Positions 26,064 to 26,072 of a stretch of 26,072 bases of DNA are shown one piece after another. Position numbers and translations under genes: made by a program. Where the stretch lies: UHGV virus genome UHGV-0157394; one strand, written 5' to 3'. Positions within the stretch are counted from its first letter, which is position 1, and every line of letters starts with the position of its first letter. This DNA comes from a virus. Below the pieces are notes generated by a model. That model was not told the origin of the DNA and made no database searches. It was given only the letters and a program-made list of their open reading frames with translations.

Positions 26064-26072
26064 TTCCTCGCA

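Noticed and set aside
1-26072. CRISPR array, integrase or attachment site
   Set aside because: No regularly spaced direct repeats were seen; no tyrosine-recombinase-like ORF is in the window; the integration module must lie outside it, although the left flank may approach a boundary

Overview
The window is almost entirely the late region of a mosaic lambdoid prophage (Enterobacteriaceae-type), with nearly every gene on the minus strand, so the phage map reads right to left. From 26 kb down: a nin-type region (unknown 119-aa protein, ninF, Rha/KilAC antirepressor-like, ybcO-like, rusA, ninH), lambda-type antiterminator Q, the late promoter pR' with a short terminated leader, and the S/R/Rz/Rz1 lysis cassette. 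Then a three-gene accessory cluster (KilA-N protein, two small proteins), an HNH endonuclease, a candidate cos region, terminase small and large subunits, and an HK97-type head module (portal, prohead protease, major capsid, head-tail connectors). Then a Mu-like contractile tail (sheath, tube, frameshifted chaperone, tape measure, DNA-circulation protein, baseplate proteins, tail fibre). The left end carries a Pin-type invertible tail-fibre tip segment (alternative fibre C-terminus plus tfa on the plus strand) next to a truncated pin gene, and a non-coding AT-rich flank. The most interesting things are two self-contained accessory (moron) cassettes: a low-GC cassette encoding a 176-aa signal-peptide protein between tape measure and baseplate genes, and a 92-aa gene with its own promoter and terminator beside a KilA-N protein between lysis and packaging genes. 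I also see a hix-like crossover pair defining the fibre switch, a T_TTT_TTC -1 frameshift site in the tail chaperone, and a possible small RNA at the left edge. All protein assignments are from recalled family resemblance, not from searches.
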